A stretch of 61,590 nt of DNA from a virus (taxonomy: Duplodnaviria; Caudoviricetes). Location: positions 1-61,590 of the IMG/VR virus record IMGVR_UViG_3300032053_000072; one strand, written 5' to 3'. Below, one piece after another: positions 18,319-28,281 of the stretch; positions within the stretch are counted from its first letter, which is position 1; each line of letters opens with the position of its first letter. The notes under the pieces are model-generated. The model searched no databases. It saw only the letters and a program-made list of their open reading frames with translations, and was not told the DNA's origin. Made by a program: the position numbers and the translations under genes.

Positions 18319-20300
18319 GCGGCCGTACACAGCGGCAGGTGTATCCGCTCGTCGTTCCTGGCCAACTTCAGACTGTAAGCGTCGGTAAGCGACCCATCGG
18401 TAGAGATGCCCCACTTCTGACTAAACAACTGCCAGTTCTTCTCCATGCTGGCTTTGAAGTCAATGCCCAACCGCTCGAATGTGGCTTGGCCGACGTGGTG
18501 AATGAAGACGTCCTGGGCCACGGCACAGTGCCAGCCAGCCGCGGCGGCACGGATACAGTAGTCGTCATCGTCATAGTTCCCCAGACCGTACCTGGTATCC
18601 AGGGCCCCGACCGCATCTAGCACCTGCCGTCGCATCAAGAGGCAAAACCCGACCAGGCGCGGATAGGCTGTCACCTGGCCGGCGTGATCGGCAGCCCAGG
18701 CGTCCGCGAAGGCATCGAAGGATGCAGCATCCTTATAGGCGGCGGCCGTTTGCTGAGGACCACTAACGTTGTTGCTCATTGGCCCGACCAGGCCGACTTT
18801 CCCATGGCGACGCAACACGCTTATCATCCGCCCTAACCAGCCGCGCGATACAACTGTATCGTCATTGAGGATGCAGACGTATTTGCCGCTCGTGTTCCTG
18901 AGTCCCAGGTTCGTACCAACGGCAAACCCCCAATTTTCCGGGCAAGACAAGTGCACGATCTTCCCGTCCTCGGCCAACTTGCCGAGCCAGGCCGTCATCA
19001 ATTCGCCGCTACCGTTGTTCACCACATACACCTGGTGTCGCTCAGGTGTGTTGTTTGCAATGCTGTGCAGGCATGACTCGAGTTGCTCGCGGCCGTCCTT
19101 TGTGAGAATGACGATATCAGTCAGCGGCTCCTCACACTGCCGCAGCAGCCTGGCCGGCACACCCACCACCGTGGCACATCGAGGCACGTCGTGTGTTACG
19201 ACGGACCCAGCCCCGATTATGGCGTCGTCGCCGATCTTCACGCCTGGCAGGATGACGACGCCCTCGCCAATGAATACGTGATTGCCGATCTCCACCGAAC
19301 GGACAGTCAGCGCTTGCCCATGCAACTCACGCATTACGTCATACCCATGCTGGTGATCGGCAATCGTCACGTGCCCGGCGATGATGCAGTCCCTGCCAAT
19401 GCTGACCCTTTGGGCACAGCCAATGTGCAGGAACAACTCGGCGGATGTGCGCTCGCCGATAGTCAGCAGCGGTTCGTACTTCACTCCAGCGTACTCTGTG
19501 ATGCACTCAATCCGAGCCCCAAAGCCAATCACAGACTGCGCCCCAAGCTCGAAGCACTGCGGATTCGTCAGCATCAAAGGCTGGATGATCCTACACCCCT
19601 GACCCATGCGCTTGAGTTTCGGGCCGCTCGCGCTGGCCCTTTTTTCCTCATCGGCGGTATTGCCCAAGAAGGTCTTGATCCGGGTCAAGATCATCTTCCT
19701 GTGGTCGTCGGTCGCATACTTGAAAGCGAAAAAGGCGTGGAAGCCCTCATAGTGAAAATTCTGCAAGACCATCGTGTCGTAACCCAGCGCCTTGAACTCA
19801 TCCGGCGTCCAACGACTGCGGTGGTCGTGCAGCTCGCGCTGCCCATGCGGGTGAAGCGCCAAACCTTGCTCGCGGAAAATCTTGAACTTCTCCGTCGCAA
19901 TAAGGTCGTCCGTTTCCCAGGGCACCAACAGGATGATCTCGCGGTCGGCTATCTTCTCGACTTCTTGCAGCAGCCTCAGTGAGTCCTCTTTCGGAAGGTG
20001 CTCAATCACGTCGAAGATCGTCACTGTATCCCAAGTACGGTTCCCTGCTGCCGCCTCTGGCACGAACTCGCGGAGATCCCGCTCGTGTACCTCGGCGAAA
20101 CCCTGCTCCCGCAACTTCACCACCGACGGAGCGAACAACTCGACGCAGGTAATCCTCTCATGGGGGAAACCTCTCAGCGTCCGCCCGTCGTTGCTCCCCA
20201 AGTCGAGATGCTTCCCGCTGTCCAACGCATAGAACAACGCTTGCAAGCTCAGCGGATTCTGTGCTTGCTCAAGGGCTGCCTTGCGTTCGTTCCAGAACAT
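18315..20300 (-). CDS. Three-domain SAM methyltransferase / hexapeptide acyltransferase / GT2 glycosyltransferase
   Basis: LDLGSNDG...DVIEHL; IGNHVFIGEGVVILPGVKIGDDAIIGAGSVVTHDVP; VVNNGS, ILNDD, GNYDDDDYC. Confidence 0.9.
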   Translation of the reverse strand: MFWNERKAALEQAQNPLSLQALFYALDSGKHLDLGSNDGRTLRGFPHERITCVELFAPSVVKLREQGFAEVHERDLREFVPEAAAGNRTWDTVTIFDVIEHLPKEDSLRLLQEVEKIADREIILLVPWETDDLIATEKFKIFREQGLALHPHGQRELHDHRSRWTPDEFKALGYDTMVLQNFHYEGFHAFFAFKYATDDHRKMILTRIKTFLGNTADEEKRASASGPKLKRMGQGCRIIQPLMLTNPQCFELGAQSVIGFGARIECITEYAGVKYEPLLTIGERTSAELFLHIGCAQRVSIGRDCIIAGHVTIADHQHGYDVMRELHGQALTVRSVEIGNHVFIGEGVVILPGVKIGDDAIIGAGSVVTHDVPRCATVVGVPARLLRQCEEPLTDIVILTKDGREQLESCLHSIANNTPERHQVYVVNNGSGELMTAWLGKLAEDGKIVHLSCPENWGFAVGTNLGLRNTSGKYVCILNDDTVVSRGWLGRMISVLRRHGKVGLVGPMSNNVSGPQQTAAAYKDAASFDAFADAWAADHAGQVTAYPRLVGFCLLMRRQVLDAVGALDTRYGLGNYDDDDYCIRAAAAGWHCAVAQDVFIHHVGQATFERLGIDFKASMEKNWQLFSQKWGISTDGSLTDAYSLKLARNDERIHLPLCTAA

Positions 20301-21022
20301 CAGGAGACCTCTGGCAGTGCCGGCGGCACTGGTGTGCAGATGGCGGACAGCGGTCGCACTTCTTCAACATCCTCGGCACACACCAGCCGGAGGTATATGG
20401 TTGTCGCTTCCTGTGAATGCTCGATGGCAGGTGCTTGGGTGAACTCTTGGTCGCTGTGACCGGAAAGGCCAGTGATACCAGGCGAGAGCTCTGGGGTAGC
20501 CGAGCGGGCTACAGCGGAACTACAAGTCACGGACATGTCACAGGCGGCTGGTGCCACTGTGGTGGGAGCACTGTTTGTGTAGATCCAGGATGGTTGGTGC
20601 CAGGGTAGACAAGGCATTGGTGAGGACCGTACCGGCCACGGCTCCCATGGCCACCAGTCGTAATGGAAATGGTGAACGTGCTGAGTCACGACTATCGGCC
20701 TGAGCCCCGGTTTGAACGTGACCGCGATGAGCCCTGACTGGGAACCCTTGCTGCCACCGGCCTTGCTCGCCTCAGCGCTGCCCAACTTGTAGAACGTGAA
20801 GTGGCCATCATCATTGGCGGGTCGCTCTACCTCAATGGACGAATGCGGCTCGACGCGCCACGTGCCCACGTGCGTTCCATCCACCTCCACCCGCGCATCA
20901 CAGCACACGCTCTGATCATTGCGGAGGCGGATGGAGTAGGTCTGGGCATGGCGCATACGCACGTACCCGCCGGCCACCTCCAATCCGCCTACAACTCTTA
21001 CTGAGAACTGATTCACGTACAT
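20300..21022 (-). CDS. Hypothetical beta-rich protein
   Basis: 240-aa ORF with RBS AAGGAG, coupled to the glycosyltransferase fusion. Confidence 0.75.
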   Translation of the reverse strand: MYVNQFSVRVVGGLEVAGGYVRMRHAQTYSIRLRNDQSVCCDARVEVDGTHVGTWRVEPHSSIEVERPANDDGHFTFYKLGSAEASKAGGSKGSQSGLIAVTFKPGLRPIVVTQHVHHFHYDWWPWEPWPVRSSPMPCLPWHQPSWIYTNSAPTTVAPAACDMSVTCSSAVARSATPELSPGITGLSGHSDQEFTQAPAIEHSQEATTIYLRLVCAEDVEEVRPLSAICTPVPPALPEVS

Positions 21023-21067
21023 GCAAGTCTCCTTGTGGTTGGAGTCTGTAAACTCATCGGATAGCCG

Positions 21068-23113
21068 CTACGATAGGGCTGCCCCCGCCTCTAGCGGCGC
21101 GTAATGCAAAGTCCACTTGATCTGGCCCGTCTCGGTTTGGTTGGCAACCAACATCTGGAACGCACCAGGCGGTAGGATGAACGGAGCGCCGGCGGCAGTC
21201 GCCGTAGCGACAACGCCAGCCGCGGAGATCACACCGGGGTTGGCGAATGTGCCAGTAATGGTAAACGTGCTGTTGACGGCCGCCGAAGCGATATCCACAT
21301 TGGCACAGACGTCCACCGTGCCCCCTGTGGTGGCGATATGCTGGAGCTTGGCATTGCAGACAGCGTTAGATGAGGCAACTGTCCACTCGCCAAACAAGTC
21401 CTTCACCAAGACGTGCCCACCGGCTACGGTGGCGATTGCCAGGGCTCCAGTACTCGGTATTACCTGCGCGGCCTTGAGGAAGGCGATACCTCGATCAACG
21501 CGAGTGACTGCGGTCGCGTCGAAGGTTGCAGCATCAAAAGCGGCGTCGGCAATCTTGGCGGCTGTGATTGCATCAGTGTTGATATTGAGGGCACTGAGCG
21601 CATAGTCGCCGATCTTCGCCGAGGTAATGGCCGCCGTGTCGATCTTGACTGCGGTGAGTGCATAGGTGGCAATGACGGCAGCGCCAATGGCGTAATCGGC
21701 GAATGCCCCGAGATCAATGGCGTCGTCACCTATAGCTGCCGCATCGATGGCTCCAGCAGCGAACGTAGCAGAAGTAATAGCCCCTGTGTCTATCGCAGCA
21801 GCATTGATCGCATCGGCTGCAAAGGTTGCGGCGTCAATAGCACTGTTGGCGATGGCGGCCGCATCAATTGCACCTGCCGCGAACGTAGCAGAAGTGATAG
21901 CCCCAGTATCTATCGCGGCGGCGGCGATGGCGTCAGCGGCAAACTTGGCGGCTGTGAGAGCCCCAGTAGCGATAGTGACCGCGCCAATGGCATAGTCGGC
22001 GAACGCACCTAGGTCGATGGCATCATCGGCGATTGCAGCAGCGTCAATGGCGCCGGCAGCGAAGGTCGCCGAGGTGATAGCACCCGTGTCGATGGCAGCA
22101 GCGTCGATGGCATCTGCTGAGAAGGTTGTCGCTGAGATGGAGCCGGCGGGGAACGGGCCAGCGGCGGTGCGCGGTGAATCCACGCCCGCCTGGTCAATAG
22201 CATCGGTCTCCTTGTTGTTGTTACACTTGAGCGACCCTGGGTCAAAGATCGTGCCCAACGTGGTGCCATACATCATGTTGCCGACAGCGTTGCCCGTGCA
22301 GGCGCTGGCGATCTCGATGGCGTGATTGCCGGCGTTGACGTTGGAGACGATGTTGTCGATCAATTGCAGGTCGGTCAGAACCTTGCCCGCCGGGTTGTGG
22401 ATGCCTGCATCTGCCCAGTCGCCCTGGACGATGTTGTCACGAAGGACAACGAAGCTGGCCACCTCGCCCAACTCGATACCGGCGTTGCCGCCAGAGGCGG
22501 ACTGGAAGATTTTGCAGCCGATCACACCGCTGCGATCTACAGCGTTGGCACCGGAGCCGGTCAGATCCACACCTACGAGGAACTGCTTGGCGCTGCCCTC
22601 GCGCAACTCGCATCCGATTAGGAGATCATCCGCGGCATTGATGTCCACGACGATCTTCTGGTTGTCAATGTTGTTGGCAAGGAGCACGTTGTAGACGCGG
22701 CAGCTAGCCGCGCTGAAGTTGTACTCCGCATCCACGTGTGTGAAGGTGAACGTAGGCCGGCTGGCACCCACGCCCAACCCGATTACAGTCACGCCAGCCA
22801 CGTCCATGTCGGGCGATAGTGCCGCTGACGAGATCGTCTCGGCGTGCCCTTCGGCCAGGACCACCACATCACCGTTGCCGGCAGTGGTCTTCGCCATAGC
22901 CGCATTGATGGTGGCCATAGGGCGGTCGGGACTCTTGCCGGTGTTGTTGTCGCTGGTATTCGTATGGCCATTGTCTACGTGGTAGACCTGGCCCTTCACC
23001 CACCACCACGGGTCGCCGGCACCAAGCACCGGCATCCCCATCGAATACAATCCGCCGCGCGCATCAATCGCGCCCCGGCCAACGAACTTCCGTCTTGCTA
23101 CGTCAGTACCCAT
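21068..23113 (-). CDS. Head fibre/spike-like protein with beta-helix and decapeptide repeats
   Basis: Beta-helix start (TGKSPDRPMATINAA); ~200 aa of 10-residue repeats such as GAITSATFAA. Confidence 0.7.
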   Translation of the reverse strand: MGTDVARRKFVGRGAIDARGGLYSMGMPVLGAGDPWWWVKGQVYHVDNGHTNTSDNNTGKSPDRPMATINAAMAKTTAGNGDVVVLAEGHAETISSAALSPDMDVAGVTVIGLGVGASRPTFTFTHVDAEYNFSAASCRVYNVLLANNIDNQKIVVDINAADDLLIGCELREGSAKQFLVGVDLTGSGANAVDRSGVIGCKIFQSASGGNAGIELGEVASFVVLRDNIVQGDWADAGIHNPAGKVLTDLQLIDNIVSNVNAGNHAIEIASACTGNAVGNMMYGTTLGTIFDPGSLKCNNNKETDAIDQAGVDSPRTAAGPFPAGSISATTFSADAIDAAAIDTGAITSATFAAGAIDAAAIADDAIDLGAFADYAIGAVTIATGALTAAKFAADAIAAAAIDTGAITSATFAAGAIDAAAIANSAIDAATFAADAINAAAIDTGAITSATFAAGAIDAAAIGDDAIDLGAFADYAIGAAVIATYALTAVKIDTAAITSAKIGDYALSALNINTDAITAAKIADAAFDAATFDATAVTRVDRGIAFLKAAQVIPSTGALAIATVAGGHVLVKDLFGEWTVASSNAVCNAKLQHIATTGGTVDVCANVDIASAAVNSTFTITGTFANPGVISAAGVVATATAAGAPFILPPGAFQMLVANQTETGQIKWTLHYAPLEAGAALS

Positions 23114-23178
23114 GCTAGTTTCCTGTGCCGTTACCGACCACGGTCATCGGGTCGTCTCTGTACTCACCCAGTCTGGTG

Positions 23179-23493
23179 TCACCCCAACGGGGCGATTTGC
23201 TCTAGCATGTGTTCCTCGCGGTCCATCGCCTGGTCTTCTTGCAGGGCGTTCTTGGCCCTGGTTGGATGCCGCTTCTCGAAGTGAAACTGCCGCTCGGCCA
23301 TGCCGACAAACTGCGCCCCACACTTGGGGCACTGGTGCAGCTCGGCCTTCGCCTCTACTTCACCGAAGTAGCCCAGCCGCACCAGTTTGTCATCGTTGAC
23401 AGCCCCGGCCAGAGTCACCACTTGGCCCCGGTCGAGAGCCTGCCCCGCGTAGCCAAAGGGCCGCTTGGCCCAATGCTGGATAATCCGCGCCAT
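23179..23493 (-). CDS. Small protein with C2H2-like zinc finger
   Basis: CPKC-x12-HFEKRH; RBS CGGAGG. Confidence 0.65.
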   Translation of the reverse strand: MARIIQHWAKRPFGYAGQALDRGQVVTLAGAVNDDKLVRLGYFGEVEAKAELHQCPKCGAQFVGMAERQFHFEKRHPTRAKNALQEDQAMDREEHMLEQIAPLG

Positions 23494-23527
23494 TGTTAGC
23501 CTCCGTTACAAGGGTGTCGCATGGCTG

Positions 23528-24484
23528 CTAGGCGACAGCGCCCGATACGAACAGGCCGGCGCTGGCGCTGACGGCTTTCATGTCGAAGTAGCTGTTCGAC
23601 TCGATAATATCCACCTCTCGCTCTTCGTCTCTCATCCGCTTGATCCACTGCAACGCACCCGCAACCCGGCGCCAGACGAAACAGTAGCCGGCCGCGGGCG
23701 TGAGCAGACTAGGACGGGCGGGCACGGCCAGCATCAGCCCGTGCTTGCCCCAGATGCGGCTGTAGCTCACGGAGGCCTCAGCGGTCCCCTCAGCCGTCGT
23801 GGTCACGAGCGACCTGCCAATGAGCACCTTCTCGAACTCCGCGAGAGAAGCGAACAGGTCAGCGCTCATCACCCCCTTTTGCGTGTACTTGATGGTGTCG
23901 ATCAGGTCGGGGTGCCACTTCAACTGCAACCAGACCTGCTTGCCCAAGACCAAGACGTTCGGCTCCACGCCGATCAGGGCCTCGACCGTATCGCGGTAGG
24001 TGGTCAGATCGACAAGCGGCGTCGAGCCGGCGTAGTCGGACCAGACTGTGAAGTCGGTGCCGCCGGTCTTGGTCGTCGTCCAAGGGGTCGTGATGAAGAA
24101 GTCGGTCGCGAACGCGCGTTCGCGTCGCATCAGGAGCTTGTCGGTCACGAACTCGGTGGCATCGCGGTCGAGGTTGAACGGAGCATCGGCGTTGCCACGC
24201 TCCTCGTCGGATACTTCCTTGCGATAGGAATAGCGATCGCAGAAGTATTTCATCGTTACGTCCACGGTCCAGCCGCCACCCTGGGACTTGGTGCCCGGGG
24301 CGCGCAAGCGGGCCTCATCGCGGAACCAGTGGCTTTGATCGTACTGCGGGATGATGTCAGACTGGCGCATCACCTCGACAATCGGGAACACCTGGTCAGC
24401 GATGTAGGCCGGGTTCTTGTACGCGATAGACAGGTTGGTCAACAGCGAATCTACGTGGAGATCACTTGCCGTAGGGGTAGGCAT
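23528..24484 (-). CDS. Major capsid protein (lambda gpE-like family)
   Basis: VDSLLTNLSIAY...YIADQVFP; strong RBS GGAGG. Confidence 0.92.
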   Translation of the reverse strand: MPTPTASDLHVDSLLTNLSIAYKNPAYIADQVFPIVEVMRQSDIIPQYDQSHWFRDEARLRAPGTKSQGGGWTVDVTMKYFCDRYSYRKEVSDEERGNADAPFNLDRDATEFVTDKLLMRRERAFATDFFITTPWTTTKTGGTDFTVWSDYAGSTPLVDLTTYRDTVEALIGVEPNVLVLGKQVWLQLKWHPDLIDTIKYTQKGVMSADLFASLAEFEKVLIGRSLVTTTAEGTAEASVSYSRIWGKHGLMLAVPARPSLLTPAAGYCFVWRRVAGALQWIKRMRDEEREVDIIESNSYFDMKAVSASAGLFVSGAVA

Positions 24485-24532
24485 GCCTTATTCCTCCTAA
24501 ATTACCAAGAGCGTGGCCATTGCAGGCCATCG

Positions 24533-24937
24533 TTACGCGTCTAACGCGGTGCGCCATGGCACACACGCCGGGTACAGCAGGACGCGGATGATAGTGCCGT
24601 CCGCACTGGAGGCATCCATTGCCATGCCCTTGACCGTGTAGTCAGCCGTTGCCTTGGCGATGCATTTGCCGGTAGCACTGGTTCCCACTAGCGAGCCAGC
24701 ACTGATGCCGCCCGCCGCCGTGCCATCGGATACCCATTTCGTCATGCCCATGATACGCACCTGGGCAGCGTGGCTGGTCGTCGGATCATTCTGGAGCACG
24801 CCGATTACCTTGTCCGCAATGCCATCGCAGGCGTCTACCTGGTCGGCTGCCGACAACTCCACGGCGTAGTATTGCTTGCTCGACAGATCGTTCTCCGCCT
24901 TGAAAGACTCATCCCAGAAGTAACTTTCGGTCGCCAT
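24533..24937 (-). CDS. Capsid decoration/cement protein (DUF2190-like)
   Basis: AENDLS..QYYAV...IGVLQN.P; directly upstream of the capsid gene. Confidence 0.8.
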   Translation of the reverse strand: MATESYFWDESFKAENDLSSKQYYAVELSAADQVDACDGIADKVIGVLQNDPTTSHAAQVRIMGMTKWVSDGTAAGGISAGSLVGTSATGKCIAKATADYTVKGMAMDASSADGTIIRVLLYPACVPWRTALDA

Positions 24938-24976
24938 GTCAAATCTTCTCCTTGAAAGTCACAACCCGTTCAGGGG

Positions 24977-25846
24977 TTAGACTTTCACCGACACTTCCTG
25001 CTGATATTCCCTGTAGAGTCCGGGATTCTCATCCATCACCCTGCTGAGAGCGTCAGACATGCTCAACCCGGATTCCTTCTGAACGAGTGACTTCGCCATC
25101 TGCTCTAGCTTTTCCATCGCTGAGCCAGCAGACTGGGCGCCACTCTTGCCTTTTTCCTTGAACAGGTCGCCGGCGGTTATTGCCGCATCCGCCGCCTTCA
25201 GGACCTCTTCGATTCTCTTCAGCTCGTCAGGAGCCTTCTCCTCAAGGGCCTTCAGGATCGGCCCAAGATCATCGGGCTTGATCGCCAACGAGTTGTACTC
25301 GGCGGTAGCCTTGGCGATCCACTCCTTGGTCAGGCGCTGGTCGCGCTCCGCCTTCAGGATTGCCTCCATCTTGGCCACCTTAGCGACAGCTTCCCCGTGC
25401 TCTTTCCACAGGGCCTGGATAGCCGGACGCACTGCCTCTGGCACCTGGGCGAGATCCAACTCGCCCGCCTTCTTCGTTTCGCTCACAGGAACCTTCTCCT
25501 CTAGCTTCTTCTTCTCCTCATCGGTGAGCTCCGCCTCATCCCAGGGGAACCCGCCGGCCTTGGCGAGGGTCTTGAGGATGTCCTCTGGGAGTTCCTCTCT
25601 GTACGCTTGAAGGAGGCGGACGGCTCCCTTCACCGCCTCCTGCGCCTTCTGCGACAACTGCTTCTGCTTCAGTATCTCATCCACTTCGACCTCGTTCTCC
25701 AACGGGGCCTCCAGAACGGCCTTCAGGATTGCACTACTCATGGGCTCGCCTCCTGATTTCAGCACTAGGAACTTTTTTCCCGTGGCCGCTTTGGCCACGA
25801 GACTTATTTCGACTGCTTCCAGATCTGTGAGTTGTTTTGGCATCAC
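24977..25846 (-). CDS. Scaffold protein with an N-terminal XkdF-like segment
   Basis: LTDLEAVEISLVAKAATGKKFLVLK followed by a charged helical region. Confidence 0.75.
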   Translation of the reverse strand: MMPKQLTDLEAVEISLVAKAATGKKFLVLKSGGEPMSSAILKAVLEAPLENEVEVDEILKQKQLSQKAQEAVKGAVRLLQAYREELPEDILKTLAKAGGFPWDEAELTDEEKKKLEEKVPVSETKKAGELDLAQVPEAVRPAIQALWKEHGEAVAKVAKMEAILKAERDQRLTKEWIAKATAEYNSLAIKPDDLGPILKALEEKAPDELKRIEEVLKAADAAITAGDLFKEKGKSGAQSAGSAMEKLEQMAKSLVQKESGLSMSDALSRVMDENPGLYREYQQEVSVKV

Positions 25847-27291
25847 GCACTCTCCCTGTTAGCCCAGCCACCGACCGAGAACCCGGAATACTCACCCTGC
25901 TTGACGGACTTCCAGAGCTTGGCGTCGGACACGTGCACGCCGATCACCCATGAGCCGCTCTTCACGGTCTGCTCGCCCACGGTCATGTTGGCTGGCGCTG
26001 TATAACTCTCGATCACCTCGACCGGTGCCAATGTCTTGTGCCCGTCCCCAACGACCCGAGACTTGACCAGAAAGTTGTGCGCCGCCTTGGCGATCTCGTC
26101 AGCGGAGATCGTATCGTTTTGCTCATCTACGGTGTCCGGCTCGAGTACCACGCCGTATATCTCTTGCTTCTCGTCATCAGCTTTGAGAATCGTGCTCGTG
26201 TACTCTTTGCTCACGCGACTGCCAGGTCGCTCACTGTCATCGAGCGGCTGAGTCGCGTTCAGGGCCTTCCTGATTTGCTTCAATTTGCGTGCTACCTCGC
26301 CTGAGTCACCCATCAGGCGCACCGCCGTAGGATGAGGGAGCGTAAAATCCGCCCTGCCGGCCAACGCCCCGCGTGCGACCTGGCCCAGGGCGACCACTAC
26401 CATGGGTGAGCCGCTGTCAATCTCAGCGTGCAGGCTCTTTTGGCAGCCTTCAATCTCGTCTTCGTCCGGCTCCCTGACCTTGCCCTTCTCGTCAAGCAAC
26501 AAGTGATCAACCACAAACAGGAGACGAGTATCCTCGCGCGTCAAGCCAAGAGGCTCCAGGTAAAGACTCTTGAACACCTTGCCGCTAGGCCCGACCATGG
26601 CTTCCTGCCGAGCCGCTTCCAGGTGGCCGGGAGATGCGGCAACGAAGGTGATCCGTGGTTGCGCCTTGGCGACTGAACCCTGTTTCTCCCCGGGCCACGT
26701 ACCCACTACGATCTTGTGCGCCATCGCACACAGACCCTCAGCATCTGTCACCCAACTCCAACCGCTCACCAGATCCCTGCAGGCCGTAAAGAAACCCGGA
26801 TCATTGCCGATCTTGTCAGCGATGCGCTGGGCTGCATTCTCCATCCCGTCGGCCTTAGTGATTTCTTCCGGCACGTTTGCTCCTTCAGCGCTTTCGCCCG
26901 TGGCCTGTAGCTCGGAGTTGTCTTCCAAGTTGGCCTCATCCCCCAGATCAGCCCAGGTAGCGCGGAGCGCGGCAGGCACGTCTTCCATTGCCCTCCTCAC
27001 CCGCTCTGGCAATGCCTTGTCCGCCAGCAGGGCAGTCAGGTCTATGAGCATCCGCCTGGCGCGGTTCTTGATCGTGGCGGCCTTGCTTACGTTCCCTGAG
27101 TCTGGACTGCCTTTGCCAACGCCAGACTTGCTCGCGTTCTCACTCGCCCATATCGCCCCTATCTGCGCCTGCGCCTTCTCGCGAGACTCGTGGCAGCCGA
27201 GGGTATCACCGAAAGGCTCATTATCCTGACCTTTCCTGTAAACACAGAACCGCTTGTCGCCAGAGCCAGTTTCAGCAACGGTATAGGGCAT
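25843..27291 (-). CDS. XkdF-like prohead protease polyprotein containing a UDG-like domain
   Basis: C-term IYGVVLEP..D.QND...H...GFSVGG; central UDG-family motifs. Confidence 0.8.
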   Translation of the reverse strand: MPYTVAETGSGDKRFCVYRKGQDNEPFGDTLGCHESREKAQAQIGAIWASENASKSGVGKGSPDSGNVSKAATIKNRARRMLIDLTALLADKALPERVRRAMEDVPAALRATWADLGDEANLEDNSELQATGESAEGANVPEEITKADGMENAAQRIADKIGNDPGFFTACRDLVSGWSWVTDAEGLCAMAHKIVVGTWPGEKQGSVAKAQPRITFVAASPGHLEAARQEAMVGPSGKVFKSLYLEPLGLTREDTRLLFVVDHLLLDEKGKVREPDEDEIEGCQKSLHAEIDSGSPMVVVALGQVARGALAGRADFTLPHPTAVRLMGDSGEVARKLKQIRKALNATQPLDDSERPGSRVSKEYTSTILKADDEKQEIYGVVLEPDTVDEQNDTISADEIAKAAHNFLVKSRVVGDGHKTLAPVEVIESYTAPANMTVGEQTVKSGSWVIGVHVSDAKLWKSVKQGEYSGFSVGGWANRESA

Positions 27292-28169
27292 TACGCCTCC
27301 ACCATCTCCCCAGGTGCCTCAACGACAACCTCCTCGCCGCTGGGGAAGACGAGACCGGTATCGCACCTGCAACTACAGTGCAGTGGTGGCATCATGATCT
27401 GCTCGCCGTTTCCGCCCGGCTCGGTGAACGGCTCCATGATCCCCACTTCCTGTCCGTCCATGGCGTTACAGCGGTCGCAAGTTCTCTCGTCCTCGGCAAC
27501 GATCCATTTCCGCTTCGTCCCTATGTCCAGGTACCCTAGACGCAGCCCTTCCTCGTAGCCCTCCTGATTGCCGCGGCTCATGGCGGTATGCATCTCCGTG
27601 CGGGCAATGTTGTCCGCACGCAAACGCAACGCCTGTGCATCGTACCGCTCCACCATCCGCTCGAGCCGTTCTCCTGCCATTCCATCGGCTTCCAACCGAC
27701 GGCGGTAATTATCAGAGGCGATGGCCTGCCGCTCGGTCAGACCTACCATCGCCCGTATCTGGCGGCTTGCCCAGTAGGGATGACGGCCTTCCTCAATGGC
27801 TCGCATGGCCACCCCACGAATGGCTTGCTTCGTCTCGTCACTCACCCTCGTAACCATGGTGGCCATGTACTGGCTGGCCCATTCTTGGGTTCGTGGCAGT
27901 AGGTGCTGACCACCGAATCCCAGCATGACAGCGGTATTCGTGGAGGCGAGACCAGTTGCCTCAGAAATGATTGCCTTGAGGGGCTGGAAGTGGCCTAGTA
28001 GCAACTCCCAGGGCACAGCACGCACCACGCCATCCACGTCGTTGCGGGCAAGGGCACGTTCAATGTCCGTGATCGCCGTCGCCTTACCAAGGCGCCGTAG
28101 CGCACGGATTATCGCCGCCACTGCCTGCTTGACGGTTGCTGGAGCCTGCTTCGTCACAGGAACGATCAC
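27291..28169 (-). CDS. MuF/SPP1 gp7-like minor head protein
   Basis: RADNIARTE, KRKW...DERTCDRC and PPLHCSCRC. Confidence 0.9.
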   Translation of the reverse strand: MIVPVTKQAPATVKQAVAAIIRALRRLGKATAITDIERALARNDVDGVVRAVPWELLLGHFQPLKAIISEATGLASTNTAVMLGFGGQHLLPRTQEWASQYMATMVTRVSDETKQAIRGVAMRAIEEGRHPYWASRQIRAMVGLTERQAIASDNYRRRLEADGMAGERLERMVERYDAQALRLRADNIARTEMHTAMSRGNQEGYEEGLRLGYLDIGTKRKWIVAEDERTCDRCNAMDGQEVGIMEPFTEPGGNGEQIMMPPLHCSCRCDTGLVFPSGEEVVVEAPGEMVEA

Positions 28170-28195
28170 GCGATTACTTCCACCATCTGGGAACG

Positions 28196-28219
28196 AAAAG
28201 AGCGCCGGGATCGGCGCAC
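28196..28219 (-). terminator. Intrinsic terminator-like hairpin
   Basis: GCGCCG-atcc-CGGCGC followed by TCTTTTCGTT. Confidence 0.55.
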
Positions 28220-28281
28220 TTTTGGCGCTATCTCGACGCTCAAGGCGTACTTATTCGGTTGGGTCGCTATATCAGGCTAGC

